From positions 1-39,649 of IMG/VR virus record IMGVR_UViG_3300037423_000576: DNA of 39,649 bases; one strand, given 5' to 3'. Made by a program: the position numbers and the translations under genes. Source of the stretch: a virus (Duplodnaviria > Caudoviricetes). The notes under the pieces were generated by a model that was not told where the DNA came from, did no database searches, and worked only from the letters and a program-made list of their open reading frames with translations. Below are positions 1 through 8,140 of the stretch, in pieces. The number at the start of each line of letters is the position of its first letter. Within the stretch, counting starts at the first letter, position 1.

Positions 1-20
1 CTCGGCCCATACTAAGATGC

Positions 21-266
21 TCATCCTCGCTGCGGCCCAAGCTGTTCGATCAGCCACGGCACATCGACACCGCCGGTTCGACGAGCGAACCCCGACCCGA
101 TAGCGAGGGCCTTCTCCTCATCGACCTTCCGCCAGGCGTTCATCACTCCTTCGAGCAGATCGAAGAGAACTCCTTCAGCATCGAAGCTGTAGCGTTGTTC
201 GATCTCGTCAGCCTCTGCTCGCAGCTCGGCGACTTGCAGCTGTTCGGGGGTGGGCATGTCTGTCAT
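21..266 (-). CDS. hypothetical phage protein
   Basis: 81-aa ORF in a chain of ATGA-overlapped leftward genes. Confidence 0.6.
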   Translation of the reverse strand: MTDMPTPEQLQVAELRAEADEIEQRYSFDAEGVLFDLLEGVMNAWRKVDEEKALAIGSGFARRTGGVDVPWLIEQLGPQRG

Positions 267-421
267 TGCTGTGATCCTGGATTGGCGTTTGGCGTCTCGC
301 TTTCAGCGGGCGCGCGCTCGGCTTCCTCGGGTGAGGTCACTGGCCAGATAATGAAATCGCAGCGGCGACAAATCATCTCTTCGCTCCCGTAAGTTCGGAA
401 ATCATGGCCAAGTGCCCTCAT
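263..421 (-). CDS. small hypothetical protein (52 aa, not in ORF track)
   Basis: MRALGHDFRTYGSEEMICRRCDF...; overlaps both neighbours by ATGA. Confidence 0.55.
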   Translation of the reverse strand: MRALGHDFRTYGSEEMICRRCDFIIWPVTSPEEAERAPAESETPNANPGSQQ

Positions 422-687
422 CCCCTGAAAGCCTTCGGAGCCGGTTCAAATTGGCGTTTCACGAACACCCGGCGGGAGCCCCCGCATAAGCCGCACTCGT
501 CGTCGGGCTGCATAAACGGGAGGTCGCACAGCGGGCGGACCTTGCCGGGAAACAATCGACGGCCATGCAGCCAACGGTAATCACTGCACCATGGGCATTT
601 TTGGTGGCATCGGGGGCAGGGTTCGGCGCGGTTCACTTCTGAGGCCGAAGCCGGAACGCCCACACTCTCCCCACTATTGGATATCAT
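418..687 (-). CDS. Cys-rich hypothetical protein
   Basis: several CxxC motifs; ATGA coupling. Confidence 0.55.
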   Translation of the reverse strand: MISNSGESVGVPASASEVNRAEPCPRCHQKCPWCSDYRWLHGRRLFPGKVRPLCDLPFMQPDDECGLCGGSRRVFVKRQFEPAPKAFRG

Positions 688-932
688 TGTCCTCTAGTCC
701 TTTGCTGAACGATAGGATCTGGGCGCATCCCTGACGGGACCGGGCTCTCACCCTTCGGGCTGAGCCGTTCCGTCTCAGCGCTGCGCGTTTCGATCCCTTG
801 CGCGTCGCACGACTTATGGACGAAGGCGGCTTTCTCCGGGCCGAACTCGCTCAGCGGCTCAAACTCAAAGACATAATCCTCGGTGTAGCCAATGAAGCGG
901 CCACATGAATCACAGCGCAGAGGGTTAGACAC
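684..932 (-). CDS. hypothetical protein with N-terminal CxxC
   Basis: ORF track; C-terminal part is encoded by a structured repeat-like element (721-803). Confidence 0.5.
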   Translation of the reverse strand: MSNPLRCDSCGRFIGYTEDYVFEFEPLSEFGPEKAAFVHKSCDAQGIETRSAETERLSPKGESPVPSGMRPDPIVQQRTRGQ

Positions 933-1106
933 TCGCCGCCTCCCGCGCTGGGGTGAAAATCAGCTTTTTGCGGTAGTTAGACAGCGCCAGGCGTTGATTC
1001 TGCTCGCTTAGCGCAGTCCCTCCACTCCTGCCACGGCGCGGCAAAAACGGCAGATTACCGCCATTCTCTGAGCGGTTAGACAATCGGCGCACCTCTGGGT
1101 TAGCCA
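923..1106. mobile_element. attP: attP site: tRNA-Trp 3' core plus integrase arm repeats
   Basis: Core AGTCCCTCCACTCCTGCCA (1015-1033) matches the T-arm/acceptor 3' end of alphaproteobacterial tRNA-Trp. Direct repeats (G/A)GTTAG(A/C)CA at 923, 975, 1074 and 1098. IHF-like AATCAGCTTTTTG at 958-970. Immediately downstream of int. Confidence 0.85.
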
Positions 1107-2158
1107 ATGTTGCTCTCCCGTTCCCATGCGATAACGTCCGCCAGCGCGTCCTCCGCGAGCTGTCGTTGATTCGCTCCGGCGACATAGGTTGCAACCTCCC
1201 GATCCCCCGACCACTGGCCGAGAGCCTTCAATCCCTGCTGCTGCACGCCGCGTTCGGCAGCTCTGCGAGCAAGCGCCTTCCTGAGGCCGTGCGCGGTGCA
1301 TTGGCTCAGCCCGGCCCTGCGGCACTGATCCCGAAACCAGTTGCCGAACCCGGCAGCGGTGAACGGCTTCCCGTATTCAGTGACCAGCAGCGTCGTTAGC
1401 CCAACGGCGGGCATTGCATCGATCGCCGCGGAGAGAGGTGGAGCGACGGGTAGGTCGAACGCCTTGCCAGTCTTTCCGGCCCTTCCTGTGATCCGCCCAT
1501 TCCGCGGTGGCGGCAGCAGACGCGCATCGCCGCGTCTCGCCCCGGTCCACAGCAGCAGCTCCAGCGCCAGCCTGGCCTTCGTGCCCAGCGGCCAATGGCA
1601 ACGGAACTGAAGAATGTCCTCTTCAGTCCACGCATAGAAGCCCTGCGGGCGATGCTCGACCCCCTCGGCCTGCTCGACGGGGTTTGAGCGGATCCACTCC
1701 AGCTTGACCGCGAAAGCAAACAGAGCCTCTAGCTGCTCGCGCAGCCGCTTGGCCGCATGGGTTCCGCCCTTTCCTCCAGCCTTCTCCATTTTGGCGGACA
1801 GGATTGCGTCAATGTGGCGCGGGCGGAAGTTGGTAACCAAATCGTCACCGAACTCAGCGCGAAAGCCCTCCAGCACTTGCCGGCGTGTCTTGCGCCAATC
1901 GTCACCACCACGCTTGAACTTCACGCTGTCATAGAAGCGCGGCAACAGGTCGTTGATCGAATAGGGGATAGCGCGGCTTTCGAGCGAAATGCGACCCGTA
2001 GCCTTGCCAATCGCCTCATCATAGGCCGCGCGATAGTCCTTGCTAGACGGGCTAGGCAGATAGCAGGAATAGCCGTTGCGGCGGAACCTGAACCGCTCCT
2101 TGTGGTGGCGATCGACAAATACCGAGACGTAGGGATCGAGCTTGCGCTTTCTAGCCAT
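1100..2158 (-). CDS. int: tyrosine recombinase/integrase
   Basis: TGARRGD, HGLRK, GQW and Y catalytic motifs; start reassigned to ATG at 2158 (MARKRKLDPY). Confidence 0.95.
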   Translation of the reverse strand: MARKRKLDPYVSVFVDRHHKERFRFRRNGYSCYLPSPSSKDYRAAYDEAIGKATGRISLESRAIPYSINDLLPRFYDSVKFKRGGDDWRKTRRQVLEGFRAEFGDDLVTNFRPRHIDAILSAKMEKAGGKGGTHAAKRLREQLEALFAFAVKLEWIRSNPVEQAEGVEHRPQGFYAWTEEDILQFRCHWPLGTKARLALELLLWTGARRGDARLLPPPRNGRITGRAGKTGKAFDLPVAPPLSAAIDAMPAVGLTTLLVTEYGKPFTAAGFGNWFRDQCRRAGLSQCTAHGLRKALARRAAERGVQQQGLKALGQWSGDREVATYVAGANQRQLAEDALADVIAWERESNIG

Positions 2159-2336
2159 GATGGAGCCTGTCCAGCGGGTTGATGTCGTTCGCTGGGATAC
2201 CTCCAGGCGGCGTGATTGTAACCTTGATTGATCCGTCTGGTTTGATCTCGTAGCCCGCCACGCAATAGCCAGCCTTCTCCGCAGCACGCATGGCGCGAGT
2301 TAGGTCAGCTGAGGTGAAGCGGGCGGCGCGGGTCAC
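2151..2336 (-). CDS. putative excisionase / small int-associated protein
   Basis: 61 aa, basic, directly upstream of and overlapping int. Confidence 0.55.
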   Translation of the reverse strand: MTRAARFTSADLTRAMRAAEKAGYCVAGYEIKPDGSIKVTITPPGGIPANDINPLDRLHHG

Positions 2337-2502
2337 CCGAAACGCCCTTGATATGGCAGTATGTGAACAGCCTCAGGATAATGCCACCGAACTGTGACGC
2401 AGACTGTCCAGCCAGCGCAAGGGATGAGCGCCTTTGGCTGAGACGCGCAGCGGCTCAGGTCCGCAGGACCGCCAGCCCGGTCGCTCGAAGAGTGATGCGC
2501 CC

Positions 2503-2661
2503 TCACCTCCACCACATCCTCGATACAACCAGCCTACCTAATAGCTTGTTGAATAGTCTCTTGAGGATAGGTTTAGGTGAACCAGTCTCTATTGATCTCT
2601 CGACTGCTGATGCATCCGCAGACAGGCGGGCTAGTCTGTATAGGGTGCGGGTGAGGGTCAC
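2503..2661 (-). CDS. small basic hypothetical protein (52 aa, not in ORF track)
   Basis: GTG start, MTLTRTLYRLARLSADASAVERSIETGSPKPILKRLFNKLLGRLVVSRMWWR; coupled overlaps. Confidence 0.55.
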   Translation of the reverse strand: MTLTRTLYRLARLSADASAVERSIETGSPKPILKRLFNKLLGRLVVSRMWWR

Positions 2662-2810
2662 AGGATCACGTCTCCCGCACGCTTAATTGTCGGCTCAAAG
2701 CGCACCGGAGCGCGCAACGCTGGATTCCTCGTGCGTGAGATGAACTCACGGCTACCGAATACCCTCTCTGTTTCCTCTTCAGTAATGAGGTGGAGCTTGC
2801 GGACCTTCAT
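2658..2810 (-). CDS. hypothetical protein
   Basis: MKVRKLHLITEEE..., ATGA overlap. Confidence 0.5.
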   Translation of the reverse strand: MKVRKLHLITEEETERVFGSREFISRTRNPALRAPVRFEPTIKRAGDVIL

Positions 2811-2959
2811 GGCTTCCTCCGCGGTCTGCGAAATCCGATGTACGGCGGCGCGGTTCCGCTGACCGACACGCCCTGACTGCCGCACTTACTGCACGGCCAG
2901 AACTCTCGTGCGGCGCCGATCATAAGCCAACCCGATCCTCCGCAGAGGTCGCAAGTCAT
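2807..2959 (-). CDS. small zinc-finger-like protein
   Basis: CDLCGGSG...CSKCG. Confidence 0.5.
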   Translation of the reverse strand: MTCDLCGGSGWLMIGAAREFWPCSKCGSQGVSVSGTAPPYIGFRRPRRKP

Positions 2960-3345
2960 GCTGCCCTCGCTTGATCTGACCAAACCACACCGTTTCTCCC
3001 GCCCCACTCGAACACGATATCGAGCAAGGCGCTGAACTGGGTTTTGCTGAGCTCTGACGTTCGCTGACCCACGGGGAACATGCCGTTGCCGTCGAGTTCC
3101 GGCAGGAACCGTGTTTCATTCCTCAGCGCGTGGAGGAACCGCAGCTTCCACTCTTCCTTTGACCATTGCTCAGCGCCGGGAACCTGGAAACGGATATCAT
3201 CAATAGCTGCGTGGAGGATCTTGTTCTGCTCGTCTGTGCGATTGGCCTCGCGTATCTCACACACATAGCCGTCGGGAGCCTCGGCAATCAGGCGCTGAGC
3301 CTTTCCACGGGCATAGGGTGAGGTGAGATAGACCTTGGCGCTCAT
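2956..3345 (-). CDS. ninB: NinB-like recombination protein
   Basis: RTDEQNKILHA, EEWKLRF and RTSELSKTQFSALLD...WG...VVWS motifs typical of NinB/YbcN. Confidence 0.8.
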   Translation of the reverse strand: MSAKVYLTSPYARGKAQRLIAEAPDGYVCEIREANRTDEQNKILHAAIDDIRFQVPGAEQWSKEEWKLRFLHALRNETRFLPELDGNGMFPVGQRTSELSKTQFSALLDIVFEWGGRNGVVWSDQARAA

Positions 3346-3704
3346 TGCTCCAGCTTCCGTTCCCATGCGATGCGTCCGGGCCAAGCGCGCCAGAACTGCT
3401 CAGCCGCCTTGAGCGCGCACCCATCATATCCATCCAGGCAAGTGTGCTCGAAAAGCTTCCACCCCTGGCTGTGCTGGCGAGAATGATGCTTCGTGCAAAG
3501 GGGCACGGCAAAGCGATCTGAAACCTTTGTCGCCATTCCTTTGTCGCCTGCATAATCGACGTGTGCGGCCTCAATTCTGCCAGAGCAGCCGCCATCATCG
3601 ATCGCCAAGCATTCCCGCCCGCGCAACCACTGAAGAAAGCCGGGAGCCGACTTCTCCTTGGGTCGCGGTGCGTTACGCTTGCGAGGGCGGGTATCGACGC
3701 GCAT
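3342..3704 (-). CDS. DUF968-like / HNH-type nuclease
   Basis: FLQWLRGREC...C...EAAHV...KVSDRFAVPLCTKHH..QH. Confidence 0.7.
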   Translation of the reverse strand: MRVDTRPRKRNAPRPKEKSAPGFLQWLRGRECLAIDDGGCSGRIEAAHVDYAGDKGMATKVSDRFAVPLCTKHHSRQHSQGWKLFEHTCLDGYDGCALKAAEQFWRAWPGRIAWERKLEQ

Positions 3705-3952
3705 CAGAAGGGGGCGTCTCCGCCATCGTCCTGATACGCAGGCTGACGCTGCTGAGTGCTGGTGGCGGCTCGCTCCTTGGGCTCGAACAGATTGGCCACG
3801 ACCCGTCCCTCGCTGTCGGGAATGGGCAATGCGTCGAACACCAGCTGGATACTGCCGCGGTCATTGAACCAGGCAGTGCCTATGTTGGTCCAATAGGTCT
3901 TGCCGTCCTTGCCAGCGCGCGGCGTGGCGATCGTCATGCGTTTGCTCACCAA
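3704..3952 (-). CDS. putative single-stranded DNA-binding protein
   Basis: KTYWTNIGTAW core and acidic DDGGDAPF tail; adjacent to ERF. Confidence 0.6.
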   Translation of the reverse strand: MVSKRMTIATPRAGKDGKTYWTNIGTAWFNDRGSIQLVFDALPIPDSEGRVVANLFEPKERAATSTQQRQPAYQDDGGDAPF

Positions 3953-4726
3953 TTATCTCCCTTCGAGTGCGTCCAGTTCCACCAATTCCCGCTGGCGACG
4001 GACGATCCGGATCTTCAGCGGAATGAACTCGCTCGGCAGCCCCTCACCGGTTTCCCACCAGTCGGGCATGTCGCGAGCCATCTGCTTCATGAAAGCCTTC
4101 GCGTCGTCCGTTTCGAGGAAGGCGTGGAGCTCGTCGCCGTCGCCGCATCCCTCCAGGGTTCTCACGAACTCCTTGGCAGCCGCCTTGAGCTGCGTCGGGC
4201 ATGTGTAAGGCCCATCGAGCTTGACGCGCTTATTGGGCGGCGTTTCGCCCGTCACCGGCCGATAGTCAGCCCGATCATCCTGCACCGTGTCAGGATCGTC
4301 GCCAGTTTCCAGACCGAGCACCTTCAGCAGCGCATATTTCACGCCGTAGCTGATCGCCTTGCCCGGCCCCTTGTCCTGGGAATCCACGCCGTAGCCCATT
4401 GTCGCCACGTCGATGTAGTCGGTGCGATCGTCGATGTTCTCGAAGCGGACGGTGAACACGAGCTCGGTGCGGTTGCCGTTCTGCACCGGCTGGAAGTCGC
4501 GCGGGTAATAGACCACGCCGTGCTTGTGGAGCAGCGGGCGGACCTTGGCAGTCACCGCGTCATGTGACACGATGCTGTAGTTCATGCCCTGCTTCTTTTC
4601 CTTTTGCACATAGTCCACTTCGCCCATGACGGCGGCGATGCGCTGCGCGATGTTTCGCGTGCGATCGATCTCGTCCAGCGCGTCCTCGACGGTTGTGAGC
4701 TGCGGCTTTGCTGCGCGAGTGGCCAT
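3953..4726 (-). CDS. erf: ERF-family single-strand annealing recombinase
   Basis: QDKGPGKAISYGVKYALLKVLGLETGDDPD ERF motif; start at 4726. Confidence 0.85.
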   Translation of the reverse strand: MATRAAKPQLTTVEDALDEIDRTRNIAQRIAAVMGEVDYVQKEKKQGMNYSIVSHDAVTAKVRPLLHKHGVVYYPRDFQPVQNGNRTELVFTVRFENIDDRTDYIDVATMGYGVDSQDKGPGKAISYGVKYALLKVLGLETGDDPDTVQDDRADYRPVTGETPPNKRVKLDGPYTCPTQLKAAAKEFVRTLEGCGDGDELHAFLETDDAKAFMKQMARDMPDWWETGEGLPSEFIPLKIRIVRRQRELVELDALEGR

Positions 4727-4875
4727 TATGCGGACTCCTTGATCTTGGTGAACGGAGGAAGCGCCTCGGCAAGCTTGCGAATTTGACACTTCGCCGTTTC
4801 GGCATCGATGATCTGGTCGCCCACCTGCTCCCAAAAGAACCTGCGCGCCGCGATCATGCGCTCGCAGTCAGTCAT
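4726..4875 (-). CDS. hypothetical protein
   Basis: MTDCERMIAARR..., TAATG coupling to erf. Confidence 0.5.
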   Translation of the reverse strand: MTDCERMIAARRFFWEQVGDQIIDAETAKCQIRKLAEALPPFTKIKESA

Positions 4876-5059
4876 TCGAGTGCGACGGGAGACTGTTGCC
4901 AGCCTCCCGCTCCCTGTGATTGCGATAGCGATCGAAACCGATAGGCGGAGACCCTTCAGGGGCTCCGTGCGAAACATGAGAGCGCGGGCCGTCAGGCATC
5001 GCCCCGCATAGGGCATCTATCGCCCCCAATATCTTCAACGCTCTTTCTGTTTCGGTCAT
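4868..5059 (-). CDS. hypothetical protein
   Basis: SD GGAGG, overlapping chain. Confidence 0.45.
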   Translation of the reverse strand: MTETERALKILGAIDALCGAMPDGPRSHVSHGAPEGSPPIGFDRYRNHREREAGNSLPSHSND

Positions 5060-5229
5060 GCCGCCCTCCGCTTCGGCAAAGGGTCTGGCAGGCACTCAGT
5101 CAGCTGTTCATCAGCATCCTCTTCTTCCCAAGCACCCTCACCGCCACAATCGATGCATTCGATGTCGCCGTAAGTACCCTGGAAATATCCGGAGCCTCCG
5201 CAGAAGCCGCAGTAGATGGTGCGGGTCAT
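5056..5229 (-). CDS. small zinc-finger protein (57 aa, not in ORF track)
   Basis: MTRTIYCGFCGGSG...ECIDCGGEG (DnaJ-like CxxCxGxG pair); ATGA overlaps. Confidence 0.6.
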   Translation of the reverse strand: MTRTIYCGFCGGSGYFQGTYGDIECIDCGGEGAWEEEDADEQLTECLPDPLPKRRAA

Positions 5230-5561
5230 TGCTCGCCTCGTGCTTTGGCGAGGATTGCATTCGCGCAGAGAACAACGTCAGCAGCCTGCTCCGATCTTTC
5301 GCCGCAATATTCCTTCAGCGTTTCGTTGAAAGTCTCGATGGTGCGAACGGCGACTGCCAGCATGTCATAGAGCCCTGGCGCTGCTGCGATCAGGCGGGCG
5401 TTGGCTTCAGTCGTTCGCTGCGGTATGGTGGGCTCAAGGTCCGCAATGATGATGGGTGCGCCTTGTGACACGGCGACATAGAAATCGCCTTCGTCCTCGA
5501 CCGCTTCCCAAGGCCCCGGCGTAAACAGCGTTCCGCCACCTATGTTGGACGCGCCGCTCAT
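5226..5561 (-). CDS. conserved phage hypothetical protein
   Basis: TPGPW...ANARLIAAAP motif common in temperate phage early arms. Confidence 0.75.
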   Translation of the reverse strand: MSGASNIGGGTLFTPGPWEAVEDEGDFYVAVSQGAPIIIADLEPTIPQRTTEANARLIAAAPGLYDMLAVAVRTIETFNETLKEYCGERSEQAADVVLCANAILAKARGEQ

Positions 5562-5809
5562 TTGGGCGTCTCGCTTTCAGCGACCGCATTGCGATAGTGC
5601 CCGTGCTCAATCTGGGCGGCGGCAATTTCCAACCCGCGCACAACCCCTTGGTTGAAATCGCTGCCGGAATTGAGCGCCGCCGCAGCACATTTCTTCAAAT
5701 GAGTGACAGCGGACTGCTCAGTAAGTATTACGGCACGTTGAACGGGATCGTCCGAAGTGACGCACCTGCACGGGACCACCTCACCGCATTCACCGCAAAG
5801 CTTAACCAT
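5558..5809 (-). CDS. hypothetical protein
   Basis: MVKLCGECGEVVPCRC. Confidence 0.5.
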   Translation of the reverse strand: MVKLCGECGEVVPCRCVTSDDPVQRAVILTEQSAVTHLKKCAAAALNSGSDFNQGVVRGLEIAAAQIEHGHYRNAVAESETPK

Positions 5810-6129
5810 CACAGCCACCCAAGCAGGAAGAAGAACGCGAGCCACGCCAACGCCGACACGGCTCCTGCGAGAATCCACCAGCCCTCGCTTGTGCGCGGCT
5901 CATCGAACTCGCGCTGCAACTCACGCAATGCTTCAAGCGGCGGCGGATTGCGGTCCACGATCAGGCGGAGGTGGCGATGCGAAATGCGATGGTCACCGAA
6001 TGGCGGAGACCGCAGGGCTCCGGGCGAAGCCTGACCAGCGCGGTCCTCGCGAAGACGAGGATTCGCCCATAAACTGAAGACCTTACCCTGAGGGTTGCGG
6101 ACGGGACCGAAGGGGAGAGGGCGGTTCAT
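5809..6129 (-). CDS. hypothetical membrane protein
   Basis: C-terminal hydrophobic segment. Confidence 0.6.
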   Translation of the reverse strand: MNRPLPFGPVRNPQGKVFSLWANPRLREDRAGQASPGALRSPPFGDHRISHRHLRLIVDRNPPPLEALRELQREFDEPRTSEGWWILAGAVSALAWLAFFFLLGWL

Positions 6130-6512
6130 GCCGTTTCCAGCTCTTCGATCTCAGCCAAGTAGGCCCTGGCCTTTGTCCATGTGCCCGATACGGCGACCGT
6201 GAAGGTTTCCGGCCCAATGGTCTTGCCTGTCAGGCGCGCCCAGATGCGCTTGACTCTGCTTGGCTCGACAACGTGTTCAAGCGAGCGAACGAGTTCGCCG
6301 AATGTCATCGATAGACAGATGGCGGCCATCGCCGGGCGGAGCGGGGCAAGGCTTCTCAAATCGCCAACACTGACAAGATACTCGCGGCCGGTGGCGCGGC
6401 CGAACTGAGCGACGGCGCAATGATAGGGATTGCAGAAGTGGTATATCTTGTCGGCAGGCTGCGTTCGTGCCCATGCCAGCAGATCACCAACAGTGAAGTC
6501 GGGCGCGTTCAT
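6126..6512 (-). CDS. hypothetical protein
   Basis: ATGA-coupled ORF. Confidence 0.6.
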   Translation of the reverse strand: MNAPDFTVGDLLAWARTQPADKIYHFCNPYHCAVAQFGRATGREYLVSVGDLRSLAPLRPAMAAICLSMTFGELVRSLEHVVEPSRVKRIWARLTGKTIGPETFTVAVSGTWTKARAYLAEIEELETA

Positions 6513-6715
6513 GCTGACACCCGATTGCGCGCGTTGTATGCTTCGCGACGAAACTCAATGAGAAGCTGCCGGCGCTTGCCGCCGATCCCGGTCGCGAGCA
6601 CCCGGTCCAGCTCGGTGATCCGGTGCGTAAGTTGCTGCATGATCTCGCCGTCGCGCATCAGGTTCTGTGCGCGGGTGAGGGCCTTGTCGGCCTCTGCCAT
6701 CTTTAGCCAGTCCAT
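6509..6715 (-). CDS. hypothetical protein, first gene of leftward operon
   Basis: strong SD GAGGAGGT upstream. Confidence 0.65.
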   Translation of the reverse strand: MDWLKMAEADKALTRAQNLMRDGEIMQQLTHRITELDRVLATGIGGKRRQLLIEFRREAYNARNRVSA

Positions 6716-6747
6716 CGCTCACCTCCTCATCGGTATGGGAGGCATAC

Positions 6748-6788
6748 AACACCAATCCGGTGCTTAAGTCAAGCGCCAAAATGATGCT
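6748..6788. promoter_or_regulatory. OL-like operators and PL region
   Basis: AACACCAATCCGGTGCT and AGCGCCAAAATGATGCT (consensus CRCCA-N3-TGGTG) flank a leftward TTGACT at 6772-6767. Confidence 0.65.
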
Positions 6789-6811
6789 GGCTGAATTTAA
6801 TCGTGCATCGG

Positions 6812-6854
6812 TTGCGGTTAGCCGAGTTGTTGGCTATGAGAACAAACCGTGAAC
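6812..6854 (+). promoter_or_regulatory. LexA-repressed (SOS) promoter
   Basis: TTGCGG-17bp-TATGAG, overlapped or followed by a perfect alphaproteobacterial LexA box GAAC-N7-GAAC (6840-6854). Confidence 0.75.
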
Positions 6855-6956
6855 CTTCGGCCGATCGCCCTGCTCAGCAACATTCATGTTGCAGACACCC
6901 TGGTTGTGGTTAAACCATTGTCAGCTGGGGGAAATGTAGGCGAGAGGGCGTGTGGC

Positions 6957-7241
6957 GTGCAACAACAGACGGCGCTGCAACAATATGCAGCGAATCAGGG
7001 GATCATGGTGTGGCTGGACCGCTGTGCGGTCAGGATCGCGGAGCGCGTTGCCGAGTTAGAATGTCAACTGCGAGACGCGCCGCTAGAGGATCGTTCCGCG
7101 CTTGAGGATTCCTTGCGAACGTCTCGGACATCTCTTGTATTAATATGGAAAGAGCTAGCGCGATCTCCGGGTCTGGCTCATCGCCTCGCAGCACGAACCG
7201 CGCCAGGTGAGTTGCAATTTCATCTGCGACTTGTGGAGTAA
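6957..7241 (+). CDS. candidate SOS-induced antirepressor overlapping cI antisense
   Basis: GTG with SD GAGAGG (frame open from 6849); helical-looking 94-aa product; downstream of LexA box. Confidence 0.45.
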   Translation: MQQQTALQQYAANQGIMVWLDRCAVRIAERVAELECQLRDAPLEDRSALEDSLRTSRTSLVLIWKELARSPGLAHRLAARTAPGELQFHLRLVE

Positions 7242-7467
7242 GCTCGTACCGCGGCTGCTCGCCGGCAATCAGAGTTACGGGATCTACTCCTAGAGCTCGC
7301 GCAATCTTCTCGATCCATTCGGGGTCGAGCTGACGCTGCCCCTTCTCCAGCCTCTCTATCTGCTGCCCAGAGGTGGGCGGCGACAGTCTCCTGGCAAGGC
7401 ACGGCCGCGACCATCCCTTGGCCTCTCTAAGCCGGATGATGTTCTCCTGGATTCGCTCCGCCAACAT
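7030..7467 (-). CDS. CI-like XRE-family repressor, no S24 autoprotease domain
   Basis: IIRLREAKGWSRPCLARRL...QQIERLEKGQR...WIEKIARALGV HTH; divergent from cro; start ATG 7467. Confidence 0.85.
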   Translation of the reverse strand: MLAERIQENIIRLREAKGWSRPCLARRLSPPTSGQQIERLEKGQRQLDPEWIEKIARALGVDPVTLIAGEQPRYELTPQVADEIATHLARFVLRGDEPDPEIALALSILIQEMSETFARNPQARNDPLAARLAVDILTRQRAPRS

Positions 7468-7552
7468 GGTGTCGGCATGGCGACACACATTGGAAAAGAC
7501 CACACGCTGTTTTGGTGTTGACATTTGCCTCAATCGCAACCAGAGTGGTGTT
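7459..7552. promoter_or_regulatory. OR-like operators with PR
   Basis: CGCCAACATGGTG (7459), CGCTGTTTTGGTG (7505), AACCAGAGTGGTG (7538); TTGACA at 7518. Confidence 0.7.
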
Positions 7553-7555
7553 GCG

Positions 7556-7750
7556 ATGAGGCTAAGCGACTATCTCAATTCCAAGGGTATCTCGCGATAC
7601 GACTTCGCCGCGAAGATCGGCCGCAGCCCCGAAGCTGTCCGCCGATACATGACTGGTGACCGTAAGCCGGAAGAAGAAACCATGCGGCTGATCGCCCAGA
7701 TCACCGAAGGTGAAGTCACTGCCAATGACTTCTTCGGAATCGCCGCATGA
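7556..7750 (+). CDS. Cro-like HTH regulator
   Basis: MRLSDYL...FAAKIG...VRRYMTGDRKP...ITEGEVTANDF. Confidence 0.85.
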   Translation: MRLSDYLNSKGISRYDFAAKIGRSPEAVRRYMTGDRKPEEETMRLIAQITEGEVTANDFFGIAA

Positions 7751-8058
7751 GCAAGTTCTACGTTTACGGCTTGCGCCTGAAGGGCGACAAGGAAGTACGG
7801 TACATCGGGCAAACCAACGACGACCCGATTTACCGATTCCGCACCCACATGACCCGCGCAAGAAGCGCGGGAGGGATGCGCGTTGATCCGTGGCTGCTCG
7901 AAAACGAGGGCAGCGTTGAAGCATTCAAGATCGCCGCCTGTGAGACGCGCGAGGAAGCGCAGTCCATGGAGCGGGCGATAACCGCCTTGTGTGTTCGTCT
8001 GGACCATCGTCTGTTCAACAAACAGGCCGAACTGCTTCAGACTGAGCTGACAGCATGA
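7747..8058 (+). CDS. GIY-YIG nuclease-family protein
   Basis: YVYGL...RYIGQT...RFRTH...E...FN motif. Confidence 0.75.
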   Translation: MSKFYVYGLRLKGDKEVRYIGQTNDDPIYRFRTHMTRARSAGGMRVDPWLLENEGSVEAFKIAACETREEAQSMERAITALCVRLDHRLFNKQAELLQTELTA

Positions 8059-8140
8059 TTACGCGCGGATCATCCCCTGACCGCGCCGCGCGGGAGGTCA
8101 CGATCGGCTCCCGGCCTCTCGCGCACCACTTGGCACAGAG

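Noticed and set aside
2159-2287. N-terminal extension of integrase in the ORF track (likewise for cI, cro, erf and the initiator)
   Set aside because: Overlaps upstream genes or operators; downstream starts give coupled, family-typical N-termini.
3527-4567. 346-aa + strand ORF
   Set aside because: Antisense shadow of the erf/ssb genes in high-GC DNA; no motif or RBS.
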